Sequence record: OR699282.2
Direction: 5' to 3' (one strand)
DNA from: Escherichia phage BAU.Micro_ELP-22
Length of the DNA: 64,000 nucleotides
Positions 41,990-51,944 of this stretch are shown here, piece after piece (the first letter of the stretch is position 1; the number at the start of each line of letters is the position of its first letter). Under the pieces are notes generated by a model. That model saw only the letters and a list, made by a program, of their open reading frames with translations, was not told where the DNA came from and did no database searches. A program made the translations under genes and the position numbers.

Positions 41990-42392
41990 TATTTTAAATG
42001 AAAAAACAGTTGATGTTGTTATTGGTGTTCTTAACACCGCAACTTCATTTCAGAAGAAACACAGTGTTGTATACTTCGGTGAAGATTGTTGGCTGAACTA
42101 TACTAATAATTCGTTTATAATTCGTGTAGAGGCTGATGATATTGGATTAACCGTTCAGGTAGGATGTGCCAAAACTGACAAACAAATCACTGTCATTGTT
42201 GATAAACTTACGTCTTCTTTTTATGATAGTATAGATGATTGTGAACACTATAGTTCAACATTTTATGATACAGAAGAAGAACATTTTATGGAAAGTACTG
42301 TTCAAGAGTTAGCTATTCCATATAAGCTAATGAAAGCAGTGAGTGATTTAATTTTAAAATATAAAAAAATAGGAGTTACTAATGCAATTTAA
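41982..42392 (+). CDS. C-terminal FFQ-x-S motif family member (variant FM-x-S)
   Basis: 136 aa from ATG with AGGAA RBS; TEEEHFMESTVQE. Confidence 0.5.
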   Translation: MSNILNEKTVDVVIGVLNTATSFQKKHSVVYFGEDCWLNYTNNSFIIRVEADDIGLTVQVGCAKTDKQITVIVDKLTSSFYDSIDDCEHYSSTFYDTEEEHFMESTVQELAIPYKLMKAVSDLILKYKKIGVTNAI

Positions 42393-42828
42393 TGGTAAAG
42401 TTTCCAAAGTAGGTTTGGTTTTTGAAAACTGTGAATTTGTTGATATTGATGTAAAGAATGTTTTATGGATGCATATTGCTGATGAGAAGACTCTTTGTAG
42501 CCGTTTTTCAAACGGACTGACAATTAGTACTGTTATCGGTGAGTTCGGTATTGCATTACGCAGCAATACACCATCGGATTTCATGGACAACTCTACACTG
42601 TTAGACCGTTTAAAAATGCGTGACGTTACACACGTTTATCTATATGATACTAACGGTGTTGAACAGCGTTATGTAGTTGAATGGGCTAATTATAACCTTA
42701 GTGATCAATATTCAGTAAACCAGCGTGTTCAAATCACCCCTGGTGGTAATATTGTGTTTGTTAGTTCAACTGGTAAATTAATCAGTGTAGATGATAAAAA
42801 CATTGACCTATTCACAGCATATAACTAA
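42382..42828 (+). CDS. Hypothetical protein
   Basis: 148 aa ORF. Confidence 0.5.
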   Translation: MQFNGKVSKVGLVFENCEFVDIDVKNVLWMHIADEKTLCSRFSNGLTISTVIGEFGIALRSNTPSDFMDNSTLLDRLKMRDVTHVYLYDTNGVEQRYVVEWANYNLSDQYSVNQRVQITPGGNIVFVSSTGKLISVDDKNIDLFTAYN

Positions 42829-42839
42829 TACGAGCTTCC

Positions 42840-43259
42840 ATGAAAACAATCAAAATTCATTTCAAAGACACTTGGACAGAAGTAAGTACTGGTAATATTC
42901 AGGATATTTTATATAGTACTGAAACTATTCATGTTTATGATGAAGAGACTGCTTCCGAGCAGTTAAAAGTTTTGCATCGTAGTGTTGGTGTGCACACTGA
43001 ATATGGCATTAAACATACTCGTGAATTACTTAATACTAATCACATTGAAACCCGTAAAGCAAACTTATCAAAAGAAGAAATGTTCGATTTCATCCTGAAC
43101 CATAAAGTTCATATTGAGCCTGATGGGTCTATATGGGAGAACACTGCTGGACAAAAAGTGCTGAAAAAATATCATGTTTCAATTGATAATGTAAAAATGT
43201 CAGGGTATGATTTGGAAGATGCAATTAATGAATATGTATCTAGGCAGAGGGCAAATTGA
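42840..43259 (+). CDS. Hypothetical protein
   Basis: 139 aa ORF. Confidence 0.5.
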   Translation: MKTIKIHFKDTWTEVSTGNIQDILYSTETIHVYDEETASEQLKVLHRSVGVHTEYGIKHTRELLNTNHIETRKANLSKEEMFDFILNHKVHIEPDGSIWENTAGQKVLKKYHVSIDNVKMSGYDLEDAINEYVSRQRAN

Positions 43260-43630
43260 TGAGCTTGATAACATTTACAATTATTTGTTGCATTACTATT
43301 GTACTTTGTCGCCTGATTCATGTATACTCATATCATAAAGCGTTGCGAATCGAACAAGAGATTTACAACGAAAACCGAGAACCAGAACCAGTCAAGAAGC
43401 CACCATCACCTTATGGGTTGAAACGTGAGATGCATTCTCAAAGTAAAAAGTGGGGTTATGCAATTACTAAAAATGGCTACATCTATACTGCAAGTAATGG
43501 TTATTTTCAAATTCACCACGAATTAGAAGTGGCAGTTCAAATTTTGTGGGAGATGGAGGACATTGGTGGTTATGAGCGTACTAAGTTTGAATTCATATCA
43601 AATGATCCAGGAACTTCACGAGAAACATGA
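43256..43630 (+). CDS. Membrane-anchored protein
   Basis: 124 aa; N-terminal TM; ATGA overlap. Confidence 0.5.
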   Translation: MMSLITFTIICCITIVLCRLIHVYSYHKALRIEQEIYNENREPEPVKKPPSPYGLKREMHSQSKKWGYAITKNGYIYTASNGYFQIHHELEVAVQILWEMEDIGGYERTKFEFISNDPGTSRET

Positions 43631-43775
43631 TATAATTGTTGATGTGGAGAAGAAGGAAGTCGTTATGAAAAAGCAAGCATATAGAATTTTAGAAGACTTC
43701 CATCTAAAAGCATTTATAATGAAGTTCTGTACAGATGAACATCTTACCGGACGAGTAATACGTAAGGAGTTGTAA
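43602..43775 (+). CDS. Small hypothetical protein
   Basis: 57 aa; start uncertain (alternatives 43563 or 43665). Confidence 0.3.
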   Translation: MIQELHEKHDIIVDVEKKEVVMKKQAYRILEDFHLKAFIMKFCTDEHLTGRVIRKEL

Positions 43776-44117
43776 ATGAACTTAAGTTCAACAATTCAGT
43801 ACTTGAGCAGTAACTTCGAGAAAATTATTTCTCGCGGTGGGATGATTGTACACCCAGAAACAGAGGAAATGTACATCATTGGATTTGATAAAAATTCTTA
43901 TGATCAAGTACTTGTAATTTCCAAGTTAGAAAGTTATAATGAAGTTGTTCAGTTTTGCTGTACCGAATTTGGTATCTATATTAAAGACGCTGAAACTAAT
44001 ACAATTTCGCATTATTTTTACCACACACTGATGGGTACTAAAGACTTCGGCTTGAAGTTCGATGATTTAGTACAATGTCACTATATGTTTAAAACCTTCC
44101 CAGCTAGTGGGCATTAA
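43776..44117 (+). CDS. Hypothetical protein
   Basis: 113 aa ORF. Confidence 0.5.
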   Translation: MNLSSTIQYLSSNFEKIISRGGMIVHPETEEMYIIGFDKNSYDQVLVISKLESYNEVVQFCCTEFGIYIKDAETNTISHYFYHTLMGTKDFGLKFDDLVQCHYMFKTFPASGH

Positions 44118-44130
44118 GGAGTATATCAAT

Positions 44131-44919
44131 ATGAGCAACATTTTCTTCAAAACTATTTCTTTCAAAAAAGCATCTTACTCCTACGCCTACGTTGATGGTA
44201 AAGTGCTTAATATTGTACTGGATGGTGTTGACGTACCAGTTGAATTTAAAACACATGAAGAAGCAGTTGAAGGTGCTAAAGAATTGAATTCAATTCTTAA
44301 TGGTGAAGTAAGTCAAAAACAACATGTAAAATCTGATTTAGATGTACTTTTGGAAAAAATCAAAACTGGTGAAGTATTAGAAATTTTAGACAACTGTAAT
44401 GAAAAACTTCGTAATGTAGTTAATAATGTTCGTGACCAGATTCAAGAAAAAGCACTAGAGCAAGCATTCAAACATGTATCCAAGAATGCTGAATCTCGTA
44501 TTGACGGTATGGTTAAAAATCTTGATGATGTACTATCCCATCTCTTTACTAAAGAATACGAACAAGAAGTTGAAGAAGAACCAGTAAAAGAAACTAAAAA
44601 AGAAAAACGTAGCTTTGGCTCAGGTGATGATGTGTTTGGTTTTACGAATGTCAGAACAAGTGCAGATGAACCAAAAGAAATTAGTGAGATGCTCATTGGT
44701 GACATGACAACTAAGCAGCTTCGTAATGAAATTGACAAGTTTGTAACTAGTTGTATCAAATCAGAACGTGCACAAAGTATGTTTAAAAGCATTAGTGAGA
44801 ACTTTGGTCCAGAAGCAACTGAGCAGGCACTAACTGCATTTAAAGAATTGATTTATAATGTAGCCATTAGCAATCCAGATAAAACACTTGAAGAAGTTCT
44901 ACGTGACAATTTCAAATAA
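44131..44919 (+). CDS. Hypothetical acidic protein
   Basis: 262 aa from ATG with GGAG RBS. Confidence 0.55.
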   Translation: MSNIFFKTISFKKASYSYAYVDGKVLNIVLDGVDVPVEFKTHEEAVEGAKELNSILNGEVSQKQHVKSDLDVLLEKIKTGEVLEILDNCNEKLRNVVNNVRDQIQEKALEQAFKHVSKNAESRIDGMVKNLDDVLSHLFTKEYEQEVEEEPVKETKKEKRSFGSGDDVFGFTNVRTSADEPKEISEMLIGDMTTKQLRNEIDKFVTSCIKSERAQSMFKSISENFGPEATEQALTAFKELIYNVAISNPDKTLEEVLRDNFK

Positions 44920-44931
44920 TTAGATAAAATT

Positions 44932-44961
44932 AAAGCCACTACAATGTAGTGGCTTTTTTTA
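44932..44961. terminator. Bidirectional terminator between convergent genes
   Basis: agccactac/gtagtggct hairpin flanked by A-run upstream and T7 downstream. Confidence 0.7.
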
Positions 44962-46116
44962 TTATGCGTTGTAACCAACTATTACGACTGAGCAGTCAAG
45001 CGGTTCTACTACTTTAAGAATTACATTATCATCTTCATCCACTTGTATTTCACTATGAACTACATGATTGTCTGAAGAATATAATTGAACTTGTGGTAGT
45101 GCTTTACCATGTTCAGTTACTGGAACTGAGATAGAGTACATAGAGTCTTCACCGAGAACCCACTCACTTAAAGTATATTCTTTATGGAAAGGAGTAGTAT
45201 GCAGTGTTTTTCCGATTATACTCAAAGAAACAGGTAAATTATCAGTTTGATACACAGTAATATTACCTTCTGCGTCTACAGAAAGATCTACACCAACTTG
45301 ATATAAGTCACCACTGTATGCTTGAAGTGCTAAGTACTGTCCACGATCATGAACATCAAATGGAACAACCGCAGAAAATACACCTTCCGAAACAGGTTCA
45401 AATTGGGATAGAAGAACTGATGTAACAAAATCAATATCCTCACCACTTTCAAGAACATCAAATTCCACCACTTTAGTGTTATAATATGGAGAAGTGAGTG
45501 TAGCAGTACCTTTCCCTGATTGTGTGATAACATCAACTGGAATTGTAAATGCATCATTAACAAATTGGGTAGTAAAGTATTCTGTCCCGTCTGGTAATAC
45601 GATTGTTATTACCATACCGTTAGTATCAATTTCTGAACCAGTGTTGAATAATTTACCACTAATTGAGTCATTACCAACAAATACTGGTGAAATGAGAATA
45701 TTATCTATATCACGATCTATAATACCACATTCAGGTGTATACATATGATACAAGGTTTGTGAACTACCTAAAATTGTTTTATGTAGCATGAATTTATATA
45801 CAAATCCAGTATCAGTTTCTTGTGGCTCTTCAGAATATCCACGAACAAAGAAACAATTTTTATTAATTTCACTTAATAGTTGGTCATTAGTTTTATTGTA
45901 ATTTAATAGATAACCTTTATTATCTTTAGTTGTTATTTGTACTTTACGATATATTATATTAGTTCTTGGATCAACTAAATCATATAATCTATGGCTTCTT
46001 TGGCGATAGATTCTAATATTTTTTAGTCTAGTTCCATCATTGAGGATTGCACCATCAACAACATAACCACATTCACCAAACTTATAGCGTCCAGCCGCAG
46101 CAATTGACCTTGACAT
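44962..46116 (-). CDS. Hypothetical protein (only minus-strand gene in window)
   Basis: 384 aa; GGAGGG RBS on minus strand upstream of start; no motif recognised. Confidence 0.6.
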   Translation of the reverse strand: MSRSIAAAGRYKFGECGYVVDGAILNDGTRLKNIRIYRQRSHRLYDLVDPRTNIIYRKVQITTKDNKGYLLNYNKTNDQLLSEINKNCFFVRGYSEEPQETDTGFVYKFMLHKTILGSSQTLYHMYTPECGIIDRDIDNILISPVFVGNDSISGKLFNTGSEIDTNGMVITIVLPDGTEYFTTQFVNDAFTIPVDVITQSGKGTATLTSPYYNTKVVEFDVLESGEDIDFVTSVLLSQFEPVSEGVFSAVVPFDVHDRGQYLALQAYSGDLYQVGVDLSVDAEGNITVYQTDNLPVSLSIIGKTLHTTPFHKEYTLSEWVLGEDSMYSISVPVTEHGKALPQVQLYSSDNHVVHSEIQVDEDDNVILKVVEPLDCSVVIVGYNA

Positions 46117-46232
46117 TTATCCCTCCATTGGTATAATTATTATAACGTATTTATTATGCATATCCAAAAAATGAGCTTGACTGGTGTATGATTTGGTGTT
46201 ATCATGTAGTGAATGAATAATGAGGTGTTTTT

Positions 46233-46817
46233 ATGAATGTTATTGATAATAGATTAGTACTGAAAAATGGAAAAATGACTGTTAAGTTATATAAAGATGA
46301 AGCTGATTCCTTTATGGCAAAAGCGATTGAAAAATCAGAAAGATATAAACTTTTGGCTCCAGCAAGTAAATCGCCATATGGTTTTAATCATGCACATAGT
46401 CATTTTGTTGGTATGGTGTGTGAGCACGCATCTTTAGTACTTTTTAATGAAATTGAAAACAATACTGGTATTAAACTTAATATCGATCCAGCATTCCAAA
46501 ATGAAGCACGTGACGGTGAATGTGATATTAAGGTAAACAACCTTCGTATTGAAGTAAAAGGTATCAAGTATAAATCATGGACTGACTTTGGACCATGTGT
46601 TAGTACTCGACAGTTAAAAAATATCCAGAAAAAAGCTGACGTAATACTATGGGTATTGTATAATGAGAAAAAACAAGAGTTCACGTTTGAGGGATTCAAC
46701 TATGTAAAAGATATTAGTTCTATCCCAGTTGTCCTCACTGGTGTACCAGGGCGACCAATGATTGAAAATCACCCAGTACTCGGTATTATGAAACCACTAC
46801 AGGAGTTACCATTGTGA
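46233..46817 (+). CDS. Hypothetical protein; weak PD-(D/E)xK-like D...EVK motif
   Basis: 194 aa; GAGG RBS; RDGECDIKVNNLRIEVKG segment. Confidence 0.5.
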   Translation: MNVIDNRLVLKNGKMTVKLYKDEADSFMAKAIEKSERYKLLAPASKSPYGFNHAHSHFVGMVCEHASLVLFNEIENNTGIKLNIDPAFQNEARDGECDIKVNNLRIEVKGIKYKSWTDFGPCVSTRQLKNIQKKADVILWVLYNEKKQEFTFEGFNYVKDISSIPVVLTGVPGRPMIENHPVLGIMKPLQELPL

Positions 46818-47041
46818 TTACTGCAACTGTATATCAAGATATCAATGAAGAATTTCATTCTAAAATTGCGTTCTTATCATTTCCTGTACTCCCAGTAGTT
46901 GGGTCAACGTTGAATCTTACCATTTGTGGGTTTGAGAAATATTATAAAGTTCTAGATATTGAGTACTGTGCTGATGTGTATTCATGTAATAGTGAAATTG
47001 CAATTCCAGTATCAATCGATATTATTGTAAAAGAGGTTTGA
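46814..47041 (+). CDS. Hypothetical protein
   Basis: 75 aa; overlap coupling. Confidence 0.45.
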   Translation: MITATVYQDINEEFHSKIAFLSFPVLPVVGSTLNLTICGFEKYYKVLDIEYCADVYSCNSEIAIPVSIDIIVKEV

Positions 47042-47499
47042 TTATGTTTAAGAATTTTATGGTTATCGTAGCAGTACTGTTTGGCACATCATGTTTTATT
47101 TCCCCAGTACACGCAGAAGAACAACGTCAAACTATTAAAACTATTGGGACTGGTAAAACTCCCCCTAAACGTACTGCTGACGAATACATGCCTGAAATGC
47201 GTGAACGTTATCGTCAGACATACAGGGAAAAACATGCTAATGATAAACCCATCAAGAAGCATAAATGGGAAGTTGTTAAATCTCCTTCATTTTGTGCTGG
47301 ATATGCTAAAGTAAAGATTGAGCAGCACAAAAACCAGTACTATAAAGATATGTATTCCTTCTATGACTCCAGAATTTCTGACACAGATATGATGGCAGGG
47401 AAGGTTGATAAAGAAGAATTTCTACAAGGCTATGATATGATGGACGATGACAAAATCATGGAATGCGTTGAAGTGTATGAAAAATACAGAGGCTTCTGA
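47038..47499 (+). CDS. Secreted protein
   Basis: 153 aa; N-terminal signal peptide ending VHA-EE. Confidence 0.55.
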   Translation: MIMFKNFMVIVAVLFGTSCFISPVHAEEQRQTIKTIGTGKTPPKRTADEYMPEMRERYRQTYREKHANDKPIKKHKWEVVKSPSFCAGYAKVKIEQHKNQYYKDMYSFYDSRISDTDMMAGKVDKEEFLQGYDMMDDDKIMECVEVYEKYRGF

Positions 47500-47975
47500 T
47501 GTTAACAATAGTGTTGTTGGTAAGTCCATTTGTGTATTTTGTGCTGTATAATATTTTTAGTAATGCTAATCATTTTAAATATGCACAAACAATTGCAAAA
47601 CATGAAGGATTTTGGAATTTTTTCCCAGCGTTACTATGCTCATATCTATACCATGAACGCTATTTCATTTTTCCTGAATATAAAAATTATGGTTATGATT
47701 CTAAAGTAAATGGTATAATTGAGTACTGTATAAGAAATTATCTTAATAATAATGATAACGTCCAAGTAAGAATAGGAAATGGTAATATATCAAGAATAGT
47801 TTTCATACCTGATATACAAGACCCAATATACTTATATCCATATGATTATAGTATTAGTGTAGGTTGTTCGATACATGGTAGTAAATCTATGTACGATTAC
47901 TTTATCTTACCACCAACACAAATTAAATTAATAGAAAAATATTTGAGGGAAAAGTTTGACAACAAAGATTCTTAG
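47499..47975 (+). CDS. Membrane-anchored protein
   Basis: 158 aa; N-terminal TM. Confidence 0.5.
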   Translation: MLTIVLLVSPFVYFVLYNIFSNANHFKYAQTIAKHEGFWNFFPALLCSYLYHERYFIFPEYKNYGYDSKVNGIIEYCIRNYLNNNDNVQVRIGNGNISRIVFIPDIQDPIYLYPYDYSISVGCSIHGSKSMYDYFILPPTQIKLIEKYLREKFDNKDS

Positions 47976-48016
47976 TATTATAATTAACACACCAAGTAAC
48001 CCAAGGGGGATGGAAA

Positions 48017-48475
48017 ATGGATGTATTAGCTACAAATTTCAAACGTAATGTTGAAGAGCGTGAAGGTTATTTTAGTATTAGTGAAGTTGTCGATGACAAT
48101 TTTAAACAATACATTTTTAATAGTGCAATTAAATTAAAATGCACAAAAGATTCACCTGATCGTAGCTTTACTAAATGGATTGCGTATTGGGAAGATTCAC
48201 CAGTTGCAATTGAAATGACTGTGATTACAACAGTACTTGAAACTGGTTACATCAAAGCCATTATAGTTGATAAGAAAGTCCGTACTCTTGATGAAATTAA
48301 TCCATATCCAGCCCGAAATTCTAAAGTTTTTGGTGTGTTGGTTGATGGTAAATTTATGATAGAAAAAGATGCAAAGGAATATGTAATTAATAAACTTCAA
48401 ACTACATCAGAAAAAAAGGAAGTAGTGGACCAAAACTCTGTTGATGCAATCAAAAAAGCATGGGGACTAAAGTAA
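48017..48475 (+). CDS. Hypothetical protein
   Basis: 152 aa; AAGGGGGA RBS. Confidence 0.55.
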   Translation: MDVLATNFKRNVEEREGYFSISEVVDDNFKQYIFNSAIKLKCTKDSPDRSFTKWIAYWEDSPVAIEMTVITTVLETGYIKAIIVDKKVRTLDEINPYPARNSKVFGVLVDGKFMIEKDAKEYVINKLQTTSEKKEVVDQNSVDAIKKAWGLK

Positions 48476-48476
48476 T

Positions 48477-48899
48477 ATGTTCACACTAAGTAATGCAAAA
48501 TATCTTTTTCTTATTAGTATTATTGGTTGGGTTATGGCTCCAGTGCTAAATGCACTGGGGTTTTCCGATGAACATAAACTTTTAAATGTTTCAGGTTTAA
48601 TTCAGGGTATTTCATGGTATACATTAATTACATTTTCAGTGTGCATCAATACATTTGCCCGTGATTATCGACGTTTGTTATATCTGAAAGTATTTGGAAC
48701 TACACGATATAGTTTTGTTTACACTTTCATTTTAGTACCGTGTATGTTATATGCATTTGTATTTGATTACTATACATATCTATGGGTATGTGGAACTATG
48801 TTTGTTATGTTGGAATACATCAGAACTGTTCAAAACTCATATGCCGATGAGTTTCATGATCTAGAAGTTAAACGAAAATTAACGGAGCTAAACAAATGA
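48477..48899 (+). CDS. Polytopic membrane protein
   Basis: 140 aa; about 4 hydrophobic helices. Confidence 0.5.
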   Translation: MFTLSNAKYLFLISIIGWVMAPVLNALGFSDEHKLLNVSGLIQGISWYTLITFSVCINTFARDYRRLLYLKVFGTTRYSFVYTFILVPCMLYAFVFDYYTYLWVCGTMFVMLEYIRTVQNSYADEFHDLEVKRKLTELNK

Positions 48900-49321
48900 G
48901 AGGCTATAATAAGATTTGTATTTTTGTATTTTTAGTTTGTGCATTCAATTCGTTTGGTTACTACTGTACAGAAAATAATATTTCATATGGTTTAAATCCT
49001 TTGTGGTTTACAATTTCCAATGTAGCACAAATTGGTATTGCTCTTATGTCTGCACTTATGTTCTGTCCAATTGTCACTATGGATACTGATCATGAAAGGC
49101 TTGGATTTCTCCGTGATACTGGAGACGAACCTTACAGTAGATTGATTGTGTTGTATCCATTTATTGTTATTTTAGGTACTAACATCCAACTTGGGTCATT
49201 ATCTAATAGTGTTACATCAGCAGCTATTGCTATATTTGCATTCACATTTTTTATGGTACACAAATCAGTACTTAATTGGTATATCACAAAAATGGCAGAA
49301 GAAGGTACTAAAAATACTTGA
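48896..49321 (+). CDS. Polytopic membrane protein
   Basis: 141 aa; several hydrophobic helices; ATGA overlap. Confidence 0.5.
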   Translation: MRGYNKICIFVFLVCAFNSFGYYCTENNISYGLNPLWFTISNVAQIGIALMSALMFCPIVTMDTDHERLGFLRDTGDEPYSRLIVLYPFIVILGTNIQLGSLSNSVTSAAIAIFAFTFFMVHKSVLNWYITKMAEEGTKNT

Positions 49322-49346
49322 CATAATTTAGTATGTTATATATAAT
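49318..49346 (+). promoter_or_regulatory. Sigma70-type early promoter
   Basis: TTGACA, 17 nt spacer, TATAAT. Confidence 0.6.
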
Positions 49347-49380
49347 TATTTTGTTAAAAACAAATTAGAGTAAGGAACTT

Positions 49381-49632
49381 ATGAACATCGATAAGGTCAA
49401 AGAACTTAGTGCTGCACTAATTAAGAATGAAGAAGTTTGTGAAGAACTTCGCAGTACTATCAAAGTTGAGTACGCACGACTCCAAGGTATGCTTCAAGAA
49501 TCAGAATGGGTAGTAACTAAATCTATCGAAGCAATCTATAAGGATATCGAATCCCTTTTCAACAAGAAAAGTAAGATTGAATCTGATTCATATAACAAAC
49601 GTAAAGAGTTATCTACTGCACTTGGTATCTAA
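49381..49632 (+). CDS. Hypothetical protein
   Basis: 83 aa; AAGGAA RBS. Confidence 0.5.
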   Translation: MNIDKVKELSAALIKNEEVCEELRSTIKVEYARLQGMLQESEWVVTKSIEAIYKDIESLFNKKSKIESDSYNKRKELSTALGI

Positions 49633-49706
49633 AAGTATTTGAGATAACAAATAATATGGAGTACAATGTGCTCCTAATTTAATTATCAGCTAAAAAGGAA
49701 AACATT

Positions 49707-49967
49707 ATGAAATCTATTCTCGTTGCAGTTAACCTGGTTGCTTCCCCATCTTTCAACTTCAAACAAGTTGTTGCTGATAATCTGAAGAAGATCTGTCCAA
49801 ACGCTGAATTAACTTTCTGTGTGTTTGATTCAGAAAAAGTAACTAAAGTTGATCTAAACTATCTTTTGAACGAAGTAAAAAGCGTTTCTGGTGAAAGTAA
49901 CTTAAAAGTTCTTCATGATATTGCAGAAGATTATGATGACACTCTAGTAATTTCGGAGAAATTCTAA
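49707..49967 (+). CDS. Hypothetical protein
   Basis: 86 aa; AAGGAAA RBS. Confidence 0.5.
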   Translation: MKSILVAVNLVASPSFNFKQVVADNLKKICPNAELTFCVFDSEKVTKVDLNYLLNEVKSVSGESNLKVLHDIAEDYDDTLVISEKF

Positions 49968-49972
49968 ATCAA

Positions 49973-50392
49973 ATGATTACATTCATTCAGTACTTAATCA
50001 TTAAATTTTTTGGCTATCATACGATTGAAGGCAAAGCTACACTCGCACATAAAATCTTTGTAGCATTATGTACGGGTGATTATGACGTATTGAATAAGTA
50101 CTGTAAATCTAAAGCATGTATTGATATAATGGCACTTCGTATCTATGAGTGCCGTTCCAATAGATACAATTTTTACCAATACAGATTTGATGAAAAAGAA
50201 TTTGATAGCATCAAAATGCTTAAGAATTTATGTAACAATAAAAAGAATATGCATATATCAGAATTTGTTGCTTTGTATTTTTATTTAAAAAGTTCATTGT
50301 ATATGAACACAATGCAAAGATTCGATACTAGAATTAATGTATTCACCGATAAAGAATTTTATATATACGATAAATTCTTAGATAAGGTTTAA
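49973..50392 (+). CDS. Hypothetical protein
   Basis: 139 aa ORF. Confidence 0.5.
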   Translation: MITFIQYLIIKFFGYHTIEGKATLAHKIFVALCTGDYDVLNKYCKSKACIDIMALRIYECRSNRYNFYQYRFDEKEFDSIKMLKNLCNNKKNMHISEFVALYFYLKSSLYMNTMQRFDTRINVFTDKEFYIYDKFLDKV

Positions 50393-50393
50393 T

Positions 50394-50891
50394 ATGACAA
50401 CTGTTTATATTGATAAACGATTAAATTTATTGATTACCGATTCTAGAGTTACGTCAACTATACCACGAAACTTATTTGGTTTTTTCCCACTAAGACCAAA
50501 ATATCAATATGGAGTTGTTAATCAAAAAACTTTATATGTACATGACCGTTTATTCAGTGCTAGTGGGGTAGTAAGTGAAATTGATAAAGTACTGGATTGG
50601 TTAATTAATAAAGTACCAGTTATACCTGACAGAAAGTTAAGTTGCCATTGTGTGCTTCTTTCTAAAGATTATGTTATTCATATGATTTTAACTAAAGGAA
50701 AGTTTATTAAAAAACTTGAATATCTACATGAAGACTACACTTTCTTTATGGGAAGTGGTGGAGAATACATGCTAGATGCTGCTATTCATGAAGAACATAC
50801 AACTTTATATGATAAAGTGTTTAGTACTTTCATGGATGTGCACAACCATGATTGTTTCACAGATGATAATATTAATGTATATCGATTTTGA
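50394..50891 (+). CDS. HslV-like N-terminal-nucleophile peptidase (proteasome beta-type)
   Basis: 165 aa; starts MTT (Thr nucleophile position as in HslV MTTIVSV); FMGSGGEYMLDAA parallels HslV IGSGGPYAQAA. Confidence 0.55.
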   Translation: MTTVYIDKRLNLLITDSRVTSTIPRNLFGFFPLRPKYQYGVVNQKTLYVHDRLFSASGVVSEIDKVLDWLINKVPVIPDRKLSCHCVLLSKDYVIHMILTKGKFIKKLEYLHEDYTFFMGSGGEYMLDAAIHEEHTTLYDKVFSTFMDVHNHDCFTDDNINVYRF

Positions 50892-50912
50892 TTTCGTCAT
50901 TAGGAGATGTAA

Positions 50913-51878
50913 GTGAAAAAGCTTGATTTAAATACAATTGCCGAAGAAGTTCTGGATGAATGTTTTGCTAATGAAGAAGTCAACACACTAGAAGCCTTAG
51001 ATTTCGTTGAAGATAAAGATGAAAATGAAGGTAAAGTACAAAGCAGTTTCAAATATAATATTACACTTAAGCGACCACCAAATGTTTCCAATGAAGATCT
51101 AATTCGTGATATTCAAGCTGGTATCAATGTAAAGAAAAACACTGAACTGTTAGTTCGTTACAATTATGGACTGATTATTGATGTAGCAAGTAAATGTACT
51201 TGTTATATCCCATTTGAAGATAAGATTTCATATGGTGTTGAGGGGTTCATGAGAGCACTAAAAACCTTTGATCTTAATAAGAATGTTAAGTTCATTACCT
51301 ATGCTTCTTCTAGTATTTACATGACAGTCTATAACGAAAGTTCTGACGCTAACTATATGGTACACTTCCCACGTTATATGAGTGTTCATAAGATCAAAGT
51401 AAAAAGATTCTGTCAGGAATATATGCGTAAACATGGTGTTCGCCCAACTCCTGAAATAATCTCAGAGGGTACTGGGATTGAGATTCAGCATGTTAATAAT
51501 TGTTTGTTATTTCAAAGCGAATACACTTCGCTGGATGCACCATTAGACGGTGTTACAGATGGTACATTAGGTGACATTATTCATTCACCTGCTTCTGATT
51601 TTAACCTCAATGTTGATAGTATCCGTGCACCTTTACGTTATGCTATCAATGAACTGACTAACGAATTGAGTACTAAAGAACGTGAGATTATCCAGCGTGT
51701 TCATGGTCTAGGTGAATATGAACCTGAAACGCTTCGTGAGATTGCTGATAATGGTTTTGTTGATGATAATGGAAAATATGTTAAATCCCGTTCATCAATA
51801 CACCGAAAGTACAGTGAAGCTATGCAAAAGCTTAAGAAGTTAGTACTTGCAAAAGGGTACGAATACGAAGATTTCTAA
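50913..51878 (+). CDS. Sigma-70 family RNA polymerase sigma factor
   Basis: 321 aa, GTG start after AGGAG; region 2-like GVEGFMRALKTFDLNKNVKFITYASSSI and HFPRYM; region 4-like TLREIAD... Confidence 0.65.
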   Translation: MKKLDLNTIAEEVLDECFANEEVNTLEALDFVEDKDENEGKVQSSFKYNITLKRPPNVSNEDLIRDIQAGINVKKNTELLVRYNYGLIIDVASKCTCYIPFEDKISYGVEGFMRALKTFDLNKNVKFITYASSSIYMTVYNESSDANYMVHFPRYMSVHKIKVKRFCQEYMRKHGVRPTPEIISEGTGIEIQHVNNCLLFQSEYTSLDAPLDGVTDGTLGDIIHSPASDFNLNVDSIRAPLRYAINELTNELSTKEREIIQRVHGLGEYEPETLREIADNGFVDDNGKYVKSRSSIHRKYSEAMQKLKKLVLAKGYEYEDF

Positions 51879-51885
51879 AGAACAA

Positions 51886-51911
51886 GGGTTGGCTTATGCC
51901 AACCTTTTTTT
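51886..51911 (+). terminator. Rho-independent terminator
   Basis: ggttggc-ttat-gccaacc hairpin followed by T7. Confidence 0.75.
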
Positions 51912-51914
51912 ATG

Positions 51915-51941
51915 GGATGAAGTAAAAGTTTGTGATATAAT
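51915..51941 (+). promoter_or_regulatory. Probable early promoter (strong extended -10, weak -35)
   Basis: TGTGATATAAT. Confidence 0.4.
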
Positions 51942-51944
51942 TAT

